From contig CM120645.1 in NCBI GenBank assembly GCA_051362555.1, positions 2,604,001 to 2,668,000 on the forward strand: a DNA stretch of 64,000 bases. The letters run 5' to 3'. Source of the DNA: Lingula anatina (Eukaryota; Animalia; Brachiopoda). The position numbers and the translations under genes are program-made. Positions 48,101-62,543 of the stretch are shown here, in pieces. The notes below the pieces were generated by a model, which saw only the letters and a list, made by a program, of their open reading frames with translations, was not told where the DNA came from and ran no database searches. The first letter of the stretch is position 1. Every line of letters begins with the position of its first letter.

Positions 48101-51100
48101 ATCCTCTTATTTTAGTTGACAAAAAAAAAAAAAAAACTTTTATTGAATTGTTAATCAAATATAAAAATGCTGTTTCAAATGTTCTGAAAAGTACGTCGGT
48201 TTCATGTCAGTATGTAAATTTTTTGTGAGTAACAAGAAAAATCTGAAAAAATGTGAATTACTGGAATGAGCAAGGTGTTTAAAATTATTGAGCAATTACC
48301 ATACGTGTCAAGTGTGTCAAAGGATGTTGTAATGCATGAGGAAGGAAGTCAAAGTTTTAAGTGGCACTTTGTAAGATGGAACTGTTACAGAAAAATCATT
48401 GGTGATTGAACAGTTTTCTCCAACAAGTCACGAGGTTTAAAATAGTGTATCAGTATTAGTGATAGAAGCGTGGGCTGACTTAATTTGTATTTGTTTGGAT
48501 TTCCATTCATATACCCAGAAGCTTTTGCTAAGTGGACATTTGTCCAGTTACTAAATTTGTTGTAGAAAAAAAAGCACACAAAGTGATTATTATGACAGTC
48601 ATTGATTTTTGTTTTAGGTCATACAAGTTGCAGAGGTTCATCAGAAAGAATTAGCTGAAAATTTCCCAGGTAAGTTATTACAGAGGTTGAAATAATGGAT
48701 GACTTTTGATGTTGAGAAAATGCAAATATGTCAGAAAATAATTTTCATGAAAAGGTTTTAATTTGAAGTGCTGCTTAGTGCATTATAAAATAAGTTGAAA
48801 AAATATGATGAACTGTAGTTGTATGGCATTGTTTTTTGTGACTACAATTTTAAAATTGATTCTGAATGTGTTATTAATAAGGTAAGTAAATAACTAGGAT
48901 CTCTACTCATGGAAAACTTATTTGATTTTTCTCAGTGATATCACATGTAAATCACATATCCTCTTGTCCAGATTTAGCGTCACCTCGGCCAGGTTCAGGA
49001 GATACAGTGGACAATGAAATAGCCCGTATACAGCGCGGGGTGACCAGTCCCGCCCCCTCACTGGCCATCACGGAGGGGGACTTTGGTCCTGGTGACCCTC
49101 CTGATACTGCAAGGTCAACACTGCAGAGGTAAGAGGTTATTTATTTATTTATTTACTCTTGTTTGTGCATTCAAAATCATAATTATTAAATTATTATTAT
49201 TGATTTTATGATCATTTATTTATTTGACAAAAGTTTTCATGTGGGACAGGCGTCTTGTTTCATTTTATAAAACATTTTTGGTGAACTCCAGTGTAATCAA
49301 GGGAGTTGGAGAGGTGGACCTGAATGCCCCTGCCACTGCCCCGGCGCCAGCCAGTAACCTCAATGCTGATGACTTCAACCCCTACCTGGTCCTGGACGTC
49401 CGAGATGTGGACGCTTACAATGACTGTCACATTATTTCAGGTATGGCGCTGTCCGTCTTCTCAATGCTCTGAAAAAGAACATAGGAAAAAAATTTTATAA
49501 ATCCAAAAAAAAAAAATTGATTATAGTAATTGACAAATAAGGGGGAGATTTAAAAGGCAAAAAACTTGAAACAATAGGAATAAGCAGTAATAAAATTGTG
49601 GCAGCAAGGGGAAGGGGGATAATGTCTGAGAACACTGGTCAGATTGCTTATAATAAACAGTATTCAGCAGTGTACACAGAGTGCTGAATATAAAGGTCCA
49701 TAAAGGTACACTATGAAGGTACACAATGACTATGTTAAGTCAGTGAACTTTGGTTGGAAGCTTTATAGCCTTGAGTCAGGAGGGTCAGAACTCTCATTGG
49801 CCACAGGGAAATTACTTTCAAATGACTTAAGGGCACAATAGAATACATATGTTTCATTAGTTTTTTTGCAAATTTGTCATTGTTTTAAGTCAAAGGTGTA
49901 CTACCATGTTTTTTTAATGGTGTGTTCTCATTCAGCTTTGTTGTGTGAAATAAATTGCTGAGAACACTGCTATTTGTCGTGTGATTTTATAAGCTATTTA
50001 TTTCATTTTTCAGCACTCAGTTTCCCCAGTGCCATGCTGTCCAGATCTTGTAACTATGAGTCCAAAGAGCTCTTAGCTTATGTATCCTTTATTCAGTTGA
50101 ACAGAGCTGGCATAGCTTTGTTAAGAACTTCAACACTCCAACTCAAATAAATAAATAAATTGCAGACTGGTTGGTGATAAAATTCAAATTTCAGATCTGT
50201 GACTTAAATTTGACCATTGCTACAAGTTGGAATTCAGCTGCATAAAAGACTGTTCAGAAAGTTTGCTGATTTTTATTTAAAATGTTCAAAAATGCTGCTG
50301 GGGAAATGGGGGATCCTTCTTTTTATGTGTCCTGTTGACCCAGTCTTGATTCCTATTTTTTACAAATAGTTTTGTATTGTTTGATTATCTGCCCCTTCCT
50401 TAACTGAGACCCCAGAGAAACCAGCCCGGTAAAATTATTGTTATATATGACGATGACGAGAGGATAGCTCCCCATGTTGCCACGGTGATGGTAGAGAGGG
50501 GATACGAAAATCTCTTCATGTTGTCTGGAGGTCAGTAAACACTTATTCACACTGAGAGTTCTTTTTCTAGAGTTTTATCCTTATTATTCTGTTTTGAAGG
50601 TCCTTTCATGTAATTGTGACACAGAGGACTCAGGATGCTTTCACAGATTTGCATCCTGCATGGGCATGCATTCTTGAACACTGTAGAAATATGGTGTACA
50701 TTGAGCATCAGTTAGTGAAAACTATTTTTAATTTATTGGCCATTTTGAGCATAACAGCTTGGCTAACAGACAATAGCCAGACTATCAAGCTATCTCTCAA
50801 AACAGAATGCTAAGATTGAACAAGAGGTTAACAGCTGCAATTTAAAATGATACTCAAGATAATGAATTCAGTTTTATGCTTAGACACTGATGTTTGTCTA
50901 TCTATCTTGTGCAGAATCATTTGTCACTATAATTTTATTTCAGAAATGGGGATGGTTTACCTTCAGCGTTATCAATCCCATAATTATCATCCTTTTGATA
51001 ACAGTACATTTTGGGGGGATTTTTTGTAGAAGTTTCTTGACAATAAAATATGTCATAAAGCATATTTTGGATTTTTTATGAATTTTCAATTATTCGTGAA

Positions 51101-51697
51101 AATATTTCACATTTCATTTATTTATTTGTTATAATTCTTTTTTTACAGGTCTGAAGTTTGCGTATGCTAACTTCCCCCGTGGTCTAATCACAGGGACACC
51201 CCCGCCAGTGGTGCAGCCACAGAGGCCCAAACAGACAGAGAAGGCCTCACAGAGGTACTTCCATCGTGCTGATGTAGACATGCTCATGGAGTCTCTGGAC
51301 AACGCACTCATGGACAAGAGTACAGGAAGTAAGTTCCTTTTATTTTTTTCTAAAAAATATATTTTTAAACTTACTTGTGATATAGTTTTGAAGGTTTGAC
51401 TACCCTGTTGTAAAAAATATCTGATTAAGAGTGACCCCAGTTTTGTTTGCAAACATTGAGTGTGATTCGAGAAAACATTTAATGGCATAAAGAGACCATG
51501 TGTCCATTAAATATTTTCTCAAATATTTAAATATTTTTTCATTATATTTTTTTAAAATAATAATTTATGTTTATGTAGGTCGTCTTACAAAAGCAAGTAC
51601 AGCATCTAGCAGGATGGGCAGCGTGTCACAAATGACAAACCGTTCTCTGAAATCCAGCATCGACACAGCTAGGCACAGTAAACCGTTTAAACCTTAG
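42115..51697 (+). CDS. CEP41: Centrosomal protein of 41 kDa (rhodanese-like domain), about 348 aa
   Basis: Exons 42115-42147, 42241-42304, 43154-43201, 46452-46513, 48618-48669, 48972-49128, 49292-49440, 50014-50081, 50416-50530, 51149-51328 and 51579-51697 form one open frame. Diagnostic peptides: [90 protein letters not shown]. Confidence 0.95.
50082..50415 (+). other. U12-type (minor spliceosome) GT-AG intron in CEP41
   Basis: The donor is GTATCCTTT (50082-50090). Branch site TTCCTTAAC (50396-50404) lies 11 nt before the end of the intron, with no polypyrimidine tract. Splicing keeps the frame (..LAY|RNQPGK..). Confidence 0.93.
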
Positions 51698-54600
51698 GCT
51701 AAATTAGGGACAGCTGACAGGTATAAAATGACTGTACAAAAACTACAGCAAAATGAACAGCACTATTGCTCGTAGCCTGCGGCAGTAATCATAATTAACT
51801 AACATGGGAAGTTTTAAAACCCTGTAGAAACAGGTACAACAGCTGACACATTTGGAAGTTGAAGACTGGGAAGTGGTCTGTGACCATGACTTTGTAAAGA
51901 TTCAAACATTTAGGGAAGATGCCATTGAACCTGTAGGCTATGTGCAGTGGCAGATTTGGGGGGTTGGGGGTGGAATTCCCCATTTGCCAAATCAAAAATG
52001 ACAGATTAAGCCTTCACCTTTACCCTCTACCTTTTGTCCAAAGTTTGGACTTGTTGCTCGGCACTGAAAAAAATAACCATTTGCATGATTGAAGATTTGC
52101 CTTGCAGCAAGTGCAATGGGTGCAAGCTGTGGAGGAAAGAAAAGTTTTTTTTTTACAATTTTGGGTCCGTCCCAGTGCTGTGTAGCTATGTATCTAAACT
52201 TCTTAACACAGGACCATCGCTGTCAAGATACAGTTCTATCAGGATTGGCTGTTACAGTATTAGATGTTACAATGTAAACACTACAAACTGCCCGACTTAA
52301 GTTCATTGTGGAGATACAGCTACAGGACTTGATTTTTTTTTTCACAAGCTGCATCAGTCTGTACATTTTATTTGACAAATGTAGCATGAAGTTACCTTAA
52401 CAGATTCATACTTGTTAAGTTTTTTGTAATGATTGAATGCCTTGAAGTACTCAAAACATATTGTTAAGTTGACCAGTATCATAATTATTTTCCTTTCTTC
52501 ATTGGAGAGAAAAAGCATCCCTGCTCTCTTGTCATTGTTGCTCACAAGGAATCGTGTATCATGATTTGAATGTGTACAGTCATAGTAGTACTTCTGCATG
52601 GAATGATGCCCTACTGTTTGTATTGTATTGTACAGTAATGTATAGTGTGCAGTAATTTTGGATAGTATGCGATACTCATTATCATCATGAAGATTGCTCA
52701 TATCTGTCATTTCTAAGGATTTGATGTGTTTTTAATACCTGTATATGAGAGGCTGCAGGTGGTTTATTTGTAAAAACTACATATTTATATAGCGTGCCTG
52801 CTTAAAGAAAATACCGTCCGCATTACCTTTTGTACCTTAAATCTTGCCCTCAAGTCGACCAAGGAGGAAGTGCCCTTAATTTCCCAAGAATTTGTTCAAT
52901 TTTTGTGCATTCCATTTATGTCAGGTCCTTAAAATATCTTTATATTTTGACAGTTTTATGAAATATCACCGTTTCATGATACATGTAACTTTTACTATGT
53001 GTGCGAGCATTTCGAATAAAGTATTATTTTGCACGCAGTATTACCTAAGTATCCACATTTCAAACGACTAATTATTGATGTCTGTGATGCGTTCTTTTGT
53101 ACGTTTGAATAAAGTATGGCCAATGTAAATTTATATTGCAACTGCGTCTCTGTACTTTTATGAAATAACATGTTAATACGTACGATTAAAGGCGTTTGTC
53201 CATCATGGGGTAATGAACTCTTACTTCAGGGATAAACTACTCTATAGTAGGGGCTAGAGTGACGAGATTAATCCCACACACAAATGTTCTCTGACAGTAG
53301 AAACAATTGTCATGAATTAGTTAAAGATATATCTGTGAACACCTAATGAAAAATCAATCCGTGACCCCGGTGGAGGGTAAAAGATAACAGTCATGTAGGG
53401 GATTTGTAAAATAGAATATCGAACGCACGCACATGTTCGCTTTGCGTAAATTCCAAGGCAGTTTCTAGTTTACTAGCATACTACTGTATATATGCAAGGT
53501 TGTATGCTGGTATCGTGATTTTACTGAGTTATTTTGCGTGGCGTTGAAAGCTTATCAGGTTTTCCCAATAATATTATGAAAACAACATCGACTATTGGAG
53601 AAGATGCACTTACTATAATATTCTGTTATTGTCATGTCAACACCCTGTGCGTCTGGGTGTTGATTCGGCTTTGCAATTCCAGCACGGCTGGGCATCCCAC
53701 CAGTTTACTGGCTGGCAGTGATTTGAATCTCAGGGTGACCACTACAGGCTGCTGATGCCTTGGACCCACAAAACGGGTCTCAGCTGATACGGAAGAAATG
53801 CAAACTTCTGGTGTAGCATGCTGGGGTAGCATGCTGGGAAAAAAACAGCCAAAAGGCGTTGGGCCATACAACCCTATGGGAAATGGTGTTTGGAATCCTG
53901 CCAATATTTTTTGGCACACCAAACGAAAACTCATTTGATTATCACTAAAAGAATAGTTTACGCGTATATACCTGAACATACCTAACAAGTAAAATTTTTT
54001 GGCATAAAAAGGCTGGAATTAGTCAGTAAATTACACTCGAGTTTTTCACTATCCCTGTTTAATGCATGGACTGCGCATCGTCTGCTGCAGAGTTCGGCAA
54101 ATCTAAAGCACTCGCAACCCCTTATAGCTTTCTATCATGACCCAGTGACAGTTCACTGGACGACGAGGAGGATTTTACGTGTATAATATCGTCACTTCTC
54201 ACACGCTAACACTCAGGGTGTTAAAAGAGCATGAGAGAGTAGCACCGTTTTTCCTCCCACGTTGTCAATAAACAGATATTTTCAAATCGTTAAAGTCAAA
54301 TCAATTTGGAGTCATGATATTTTCCATACAAAGGGATGAGTAAACAGGACGAGCTAAGGACCCTGAGGCAGTCATGGTGAAAATTCTGTACTATTTTGTC
54401 ACCCGTTCATTATGGAGAGGAGGTTCTAGTAGACGTTGAAAGTCAGGGTGAAGAAAAAAATAACATTTAAGTTGTAATCACGAGCCAGAATTCACAAGCT
54501 TGGAGACAGGGTAGACAGTCGCATAAATATTTTTTACAGTTATTGTTTTATGATACTTGTCGACTCAATGAACACACGGTCGTAAAATTGTGTTTACAAA

Positions 54601-54772
54601 AATCGCTTTCATACAAATACCTCTGTAGAGCACGTATCAGTTTTGATAACTACCGCGGAGCCGGAGAAGTAATTCGACGAGCTTCACAGCTTTTCCCAAG
54701 AATTATTCACATTTGCTTGGATATTTTCTTTGATTCACATTAACTAAGAAATAGGGATATAGAAATGTATAA

Positions 54773-55989
54773 ATGACACTGAAATCGGGCACAATGTACT
54801 CCCGCAGGAATAGGATCTTGACTAATTATCTGACCGCTGTTTCAACCACATTGACCATTACCATTATATTTCTATACGGTGCCATCCTCACCAGTTCCAA
54901 AGGGCGGAGAAGCATCGTTCAGATCAGTACGGGGAATCGCTTGAATATTTTAGACATCGACGTTTATCGAGATATTGAAGCTAGACATCTAAAGGCGGAT
55001 GATCCAGGGTTAATGGAATATGTCCGAAGAAAGTTTCTATTCGCCCCCACAGAGCGGCCTAGAAATTTGTCGAGGAACACTGTGGACTACTCCCAGGCCG
55101 GACAATCGACACTTGTTGACGAGATTTTGGGGCATCGCACTGGTGGATTTTTCGTGGAGTCGGGCGCGTGGGACGGGGAGACAGACAGCAACTCCCTCTT
55201 CTTTGAAATTTTTCGAAACTGGACGGGGATTCTGATAGAGCCAGACCCGTGGAACTTTGAGAAACTTTCAAGGAAAAATAGGTGAGGGTGCGTTGTCCGT
55301 GCGTGATCCGATTTGTTTACGAGTACGATGACCTTAAAAACGTATATCAGTTTAAATTTACTATGTTTTATACATACAATAAAGAATATTATCAACTGTG
55401 TTATATTGCCAGTAATTTATTTACAAGTACTATGTCCTTGAAAATGTAAATTAGTTTGCATTCACCATGTTATCTACATGTAATAAAAATAATCAACTGG
55501 GTTATATTGTCAGTAATATTATGTTTTCTTCGGGTTGTAAATCAACATCAATTAAAAAAGTTTACTCTTTTTTTTTTCAGAAAAGCGTACACGGCCCAAA
55601 CCTGTCTCACTGCAAGCCCCCAAAGAATCGATTTCACGTTCTCCGCCGCCCCTGACAGCGGTGCGGTGAAGCCACTATTCCCCGACATCCCAACAGTCGG
55701 GAAAACGAAGATACTCTGTCTTCCCATCCACACCCTCCTGGCGAGCATTGGCGTGAGGCACGTGGACTATTTTTCCCTGGATGTGGAAGGGGAAGAGCCG
55801 GCGGTGCTGAGGTCATTTCCTTGGGAGGAAATTACGGTGGATGTATGGTCGGTCGAAGTCAACCAGGGTTTAAAAAATCGGGACGAAAAACTGGCGGAGA
55901 TTGCAGGAATATTTGATAAAGTTGGACTGTACAGTAATGTTAAAATGGTGGCTCACGATGTTGTGTATGTTAGAAATGTTTTATTATAA
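54773..55989 (+). CDS. FkbM-family (Methyltransf_21) SAM-dependent methyltransferase-like type II membrane protein, Star-like, about 305 aa
   Basis: Exons 54773-55281 and 55581-55989 (phase-2 GT-AG intron). N-terminal TM segment. Motifs YSQAGQS, GGFFVESGAWDGETDSNSLFFE, WTGILIEP, VDYFSLDVEGEE, VDVWSVE. Confidence 0.92.
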
Positions 55990-56866
55990 CAGTACATTAT
56001 ATGATTTTTAATGTATGGACGTTTGAGTAGGCGGAATTTTGGCTTGCCGTTACAGAAGGGCATGAATCAAATACGCCCAAAGTTGTGCGTCTAATCGAAT
56101 TCACATACGATACCCATACGTACGGTAGGTGTCATCCAGATGTAGCAGCGCCTTTTGCTGCTTTCATAGAAGACTGTATAAATTTGCAAGATGTGCCATT
56201 TAAACCAATATATCAAACTCTACGCAATGTTGCCTTATAATTTGCATTTAAGACAGTAAAGCGCCGGGAGTGTGTATATGGCGTGTTGCTATTTTTTACC
56301 ACCCATTGTGAAAACACATCAGTCATTCGCTTCGCACATTATACAACCACTCCCGTCTCTTGTATCAATCCATAAAAAAGTCAATAGGTCTACCATCGGA
56401 ACAGTGCCATATGCATTGTTGTTTTTATCACTATACACATTTTCTAAGTATTATTTCTGATGGATGATAGTTGAGAAAAGAGATGAGAACAATTTATCAA
56501 AAATAAATAAATAAATAAAAATTTAAGGGACAAATGCTTTTATCGTACATACGAGCCATAATTTTAGCCCGTTAAGCCAGCAGTTTGGAAATTTTGAGGG
56601 GAATTACACAAACATGCCACTTTGTCACCCTACGATTACTGAAAATCACCGACCTAAATGTCATTTAAAACGGTTATTACGGTTATTAGGACCTGGTGTG
56701 ACGCCTGAACCCGAAACTCCAAGAGGCGAACATTTTTAGATAATTAAAAAATATATTAATTATTGGGTGCTGTTTGGTCTTACTTTTTTAGTTGAATGTA
56801 GATCTAACCTCAGCATATCGATCTGATGCAAACTTCGAGAAATTTCAATTTATTTTTCAAAAAAGC

Positions 56867-56906
<40 letters not shown>

Positions 56907-57586
56907 GAAAAATATGTTGGAAATATTAATCAAGGTCTGGCATACGCACAAGTAATCCCTGGCCTGGGATGACATCTTATTCTTGCCATGAGTTGAAATG
57001 ACCTTACACGGCATCTCTCTTTTTCAGGCCTGTGCACTTTAACCAAGAAAGGCTATAAAGTTTCACTTCAGCGATTTATAAAACTGCATGTTTATGGCAT
57101 GGATCGGTGCTTAATGAAAAATCAACAATAGCAATCTTTATATAGAAATACATATGTATGTGGATCTATTTAATCTGGTGATAATCCAAGGTAGTCAACA
57201 TGAAAGCGCCTCTTGTTAAAAGGAAGTAGGCAACTAGTCCATCACTCCTGAACGTCGGGTATGAAAACATAATCCAAGTTCTGAGTCAGACGCTGTTGCT
57301 TCATTTTTTTCGCCGTTTCAGACAAACAAGATTATGTTGCAATACACCGCGCGTAAGTTAACCTGCCAATATGTGTCACTGGTGTTTTCAAAATGAAAAA
57401 TGAGGTTGTGCAATAATGCCAGACCCTGGCTCTCCTGTTGTGCAAGAGGTTTGCACAGCTAGCAAATGCCAAAAACACACTATTGGAGCTGCCTCAACCT
57501 CAGAAGGTGCTTTGATTGCTTCCACCTCCAACCCAAGTGAAATGTCTTCACACAGGATAATATATAATCCATAACAGAATCACAAC

Positions 57587-59866
57587 ATGTATAGGTGAGT
57601 GTTGTTTTTGTTTTTCACCGATGTTAGCAATCATTTAAGCCCTGGGATATTGATATCTCGTTTCTTTTATTTATTAGCGCCAGATAAATTGCACAGCCAC
57701 AATGGGCGCTTTGGGGGGGGGGGGGGGGGTTCTCCTGGAACTACTTTATTATTATTATTATTATTATTATTGGATACCAATACTTCACCTAAATAAAAAA
57801 AAATCTGATGTGTGCAAATAAATCAAGAGCTTTTATCTATATTTGAAATTTAATGTAGTACTTTATTTAATGATGTTGTCTGAATATTTGCCAGTTTTGT
57901 TTTCTTGTTTAGAGCATGTGAAAGGTTCAAGAGTTGTTGCTAAGAGATATGCTGTTAAAAGTTATTGCTCTTATTTCAGCTTAAAACTGGAGTCATGCTT
58001 GAATCTTGGGATTTTTGTGATTATTGTGCAGTCACTGTTATTCTGGCAGTGCAAATGCACAGAAACAGTTGGCGAGAAGGGAGGCATAACAAGCACAAGT
58101 AGAAGAAAATTGAACAAAACTAGAATCACAGGGAATCCAGGAGACTCTGGCTACATCACATCTCCTGGTTTTCCAAACAATCCACTCATCTCAGGGTTAT
58201 CTGTTCAGAAATACAGACTAATTGCTAAAAATATAAATGGAATAATTGATATCACGACCATTGATTTGGTATTTTTTCCCAATGACAATTTTGCATGGAA
58301 ATATATGCTGACAGTAAGTACTAGTATATTAAAAAAAGTTATCTGCAGCTTTTATTTTGTTATTGCACAAAGCATTAGAGGTTTTCATTCTAGATTTTGG
58401 TGGATGATTATACATGTATATCATTAGAAGTATATTTCTTGTCTCTGCTTTAATGAATTTGGTAGCCTTAATATGAGTGAGAAGCAATTGGAAAAGGAAC
58501 TGTACAGTTGAAAATTGAAAATTTCTTATTTCAGATTTATGATTGTGATTGTGAAAGAAAAGATAAAGAGATCAGAATCACGGAGAGAATGCATTTTGTA
58601 TCATCCGGCAGGTATCTAGTAGTGATATTTAACCCTCATTATGTAGTGGATGGTTGGAAAAACCATGGAGTTTTCAAATTACAGTACAAGTTCATTTACA
58701 GTAAGTATTCAAGGCTTCATGTTAATTTTTCTTATTATTTATTCTTGTAGCATTAAGCATTGGGAAAAAATACTCCAAAACTTAATGGAATAGGTATCTC
58801 TTGTGTAAGGTTGATAGAAAAATCAGACTAAATATCAAAGGAGCAAAATGTCATGTCTTAATAAGTAGAACATTCAGTCAATTTAGAAAAATTACTTCAC
58901 CAAAATTTTTTAAATAACATACAGGTATTACAGAATTGGAAGTCAATGAAAGATACTGATATAATTCAGATGAAGGTGGAGGATGATCAATATTACATTA
59001 CAATATGGTAAATTCACTGTCATATGTAAATAAATTGACATACTAGTAATGTGATTACTAGTATATATAAAAAATTTCTTGTAATCAAATCGATTTTTTA
59101 TACGTATTTTCATTTAAGGATCTGTGCCAGAAACTATATGGATGAATAAAACTGGTAAATATTCTAGTATTTTCATGTCATTCTGTGCTATGATACACCA
59201 CTTAATAATTAGCATGTGTGCATGCGTGTGTGTGCATGCATGTGTATGTGTGAGTGTGTGTGTGTGCATGCATGCATGCACATGTGTGTGTGTGTGTGTG
59301 TGTGTGTGCATTCTGAAGTTGTTTAATGCAATAACCTGATTGCTTTCTCAAAGTATAGAAGATTAAGATTTTTAGTGAATTTATGTATTAACGTATTCAT
59401 ATGTGTATATACCAGTTCTAGTATACTGGGTACAGTGAATCAGGACTATGTCATAAATTGTGCATAAATGTACTTTTTAATCATCACTACCATAAGACTT
59501 TATATTTAACTTTTGTAAAATAATAATATGTCAGTGCTAACAATGCAGATTAATTCTAAATGCTTTATATATATAATAATAAATGAACAAAAGCTCACAT
59601 TGTTTTTTATGGCAGCATGTGGATACCTGGGAAACGTGGTCAACCACCTCCCTGCCACTGACAGATCATCCACGGCCTTTAGGTCTTATGGACACATGGA
59701 GTTTCCTCCTGATACAGCGTGGAGGGGAGAGAGCATAAGATTTGACTGCATATGGAGTTTCAAACAAGCTCATCTGTATTCCACATCCCGAGTTGAACGA
59801 AGATTTATATATGCAAAGTTCTTGGATTTTGAGGGGACTTCATGTCTGAATCTGAGTGAGTCTTGT

Positions 59867-59903
<37 letters not shown>

Positions 59904-62419
59904 GAACTGTAGTTTTACAATTCACAGACAGATTTATTGAATTTTTAGTCAACAGTGTTAATCTTTGACCTAAAAGTTAACTGTAAGTTGCTTATAATTT
60001 AAGGCTAATCGAATAAATAATTAGGTTAACTCAATGTATAATTAAAGTTAATTCAATAAGAGCCTATTGTACAGTTTTAGAATAAACTGTAGTGGCACTT
60101 CCATGCAATATTTGGAACCAATCTTAAAAAGGCGATAATTTTCGAATGTTTCACAATACTAAAAAAGAAACGATCATGACTTTTGGATGTTAATCCATAT
60201 TTAACAGATGTAGAGGTGAGGAAGTCATGGCATTCTGATGGTGAGGTGCTCATATCAGGGCCAATAATGGATGTAATAAAAAATCAGCCAGGCACTGGAC
60301 TGGTATCACGTGGCAGCATGTTTATCAGACTTACTGGATCACAAACATGGAGGTGTGGCCAAAACCAACGCCTCAAATTTGCCTACACCTATTTTGTTAG
60401 TAGCCTTGAGAGTAAGTTTTCTTCTTCTTTGTTTATAAATATTATATGGGGAAGTTGACAAAAGAATCGGAGTAAATTTCAATTTGGATAAACATAGGAA
60501 AGTTGAAATCTGATGTAAAACCAGGTTAACTCCATTTTTTTGCCATTTATTAATCAGTGTATGAACAGTACTCATTTAGAATTTTAGATAAAGGGATACT
60601 TTATGATCAATTTTCCCTTTTGAAAACATACTCAAAGTGTACAAGTCATATTGAAAATCAGTTCAAGTTTTAGCTAAAGCCATCCTCATACTGAGTTACT
60701 ATATTTCATTTGAATATTTATCACTTTTTGAATTTATCATGACACTTATTAAAAATGCTGTTGAGTTATGTATATATGTATACTATTTCAGGTGCTAAAC
60801 TCTGCCAGATATATTTTCTGGGAAAATATTATGTTTGTCGGGGACAGATGCGCTGCATTCCTGAGCAGTTTCAATGTGATGGCTATGATCATTGTGGAGA
60901 TGGAGAGGATGAGGCTTCTGATCGGTGCTCAGGTGAACTGATTTGTTAAAAGTTTTATATCAAGTCAAATCTTTTTTTTTTAGCTTTGAAATCAAAATAA
61001 TCACAATTGTTCACATTGGGTATTTATTACTCTACATACGTATTCTCTTTAGAAAATTGAATTGCATCCTAACAGTATAATTATGTTTAATGTCAATAAT
61101 GTTATAATTACAGATAGTTTGCTCTTATAATTTGATTTTTTTTTTGTTAGATCATACTACCACTCAGAGTTACTGTCCCTCTTACAAAAAACGCTGTCCA
61201 GATGGGAAATGTGTGTGGAACTCTGATCCATGTCCTGTAGATGACTGTAAGTATTCTGACCTGTTACCCTGTGCTTCTGATGTATGTTTGCCAGCTTTAT
61301 CATTTTCATTTTCAGATCTCTACCCCTTGTTGTGTGTGTGTGTCCCTAACTGGTGTCTCTGTTGATGATTTTGTATATTTTTTATCTATTCATTTATTTA
61401 TCTTTTTATTTTAAATATTTTGAAGCCTTTTTGTTGAGTAAAATTGATATATCTACTGGAGATTTACTGAATACATACTATAAAATTTTCCCAAAAAATC
61501 TGTTTCAGGTCTAGCCAATCAAGTGAAGTGCGATGACGGGAGATGTGAATATTATTCTAGTGACTGCACAATAAAGAGTAAGTATTTTAACATTGAAAAA
61601 AAAATAAAGTGCCAGTTATCACCAACCATGCAAAATTAAATTACTTTTTTTACATTTTCATTACACTAGGTACCAAAAAAGTCAACATTTATTGTAAAAT
61701 TTGAAATCATCATGATTCCTTTTTTAGCTCTGTTTGTAATTGACAGTGCTCTAGCTTACTGGGTTACATGTACTTCATACAGTCCCCCCCCCCCCCCCCC
61801 ATTCATTCAATTTTTAAAAAAAATGACCAATGAAAAAATATAAAAAGTTTATACTATATTTAAACTGCAGACTAGCTACAATAGATTTTTAATTGTTCCA
61901 ATTTTACTTGTAAAAGACCCGACTTGTGTTGTTTGTCAGTTATATTATATATGTGTTTTTTTCTGTTGCCAGGCTCACCAGAAACATTGATATTTAAGGA
62001 GCCCATTAAATGGATAACAGCAATATTTTGTATTGGGGTGTTCATCTTAGTGATAGCAATCATATTTGGTTGCAAACGTAAAATGTGTGGCACAAACACT
62101 GCCAGTAAGTTGGCCAAGCTTTGGTGTTGTGATGTTATATGTTATGAAATATTGTTGTAATATTAAAATATGTTGTTTTTACTAAAATATTATTATAGCA
62201 TACACAATACCTTTCTGTATATGCTTGTATGGCGGTGGTCTACATTTTAACCTTTGCTATTAAATGATATTTGAATGTACTCTCTTCTGTCTAAAAAGGA
62301 ACATGATATAAGCAATCAATTTTTCCATTAACATGTCCTACATATCACAGTAAATTCATCCTCTTCTACTCTGCAAAATGTTTAACTCTGTGAAATCCTG
62401 CCGTGTGCATGCACGCACG

Positions 62420-62456
<37 letters not shown>

Positions 62457-62500
62457 CATGTTCAGATGGCAAGCACACATTTCAGAATAATTTGCACACA

Positions 62501-62543
<43 letters not shown>

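Noticed and set aside
14425-51697. Flagellar CK and CEP41 as a co-regulated ciliary gene cluster
   Set aside because: They are ~28 kb apart with four unrelated protein genes between them, so proximity alone is not evidence.
53630-54230. aacaccc/gggtgtt hairpin motifs suggestive of an EnSpm-like element
   Set aside because: Termini and target duplication could not be defined.
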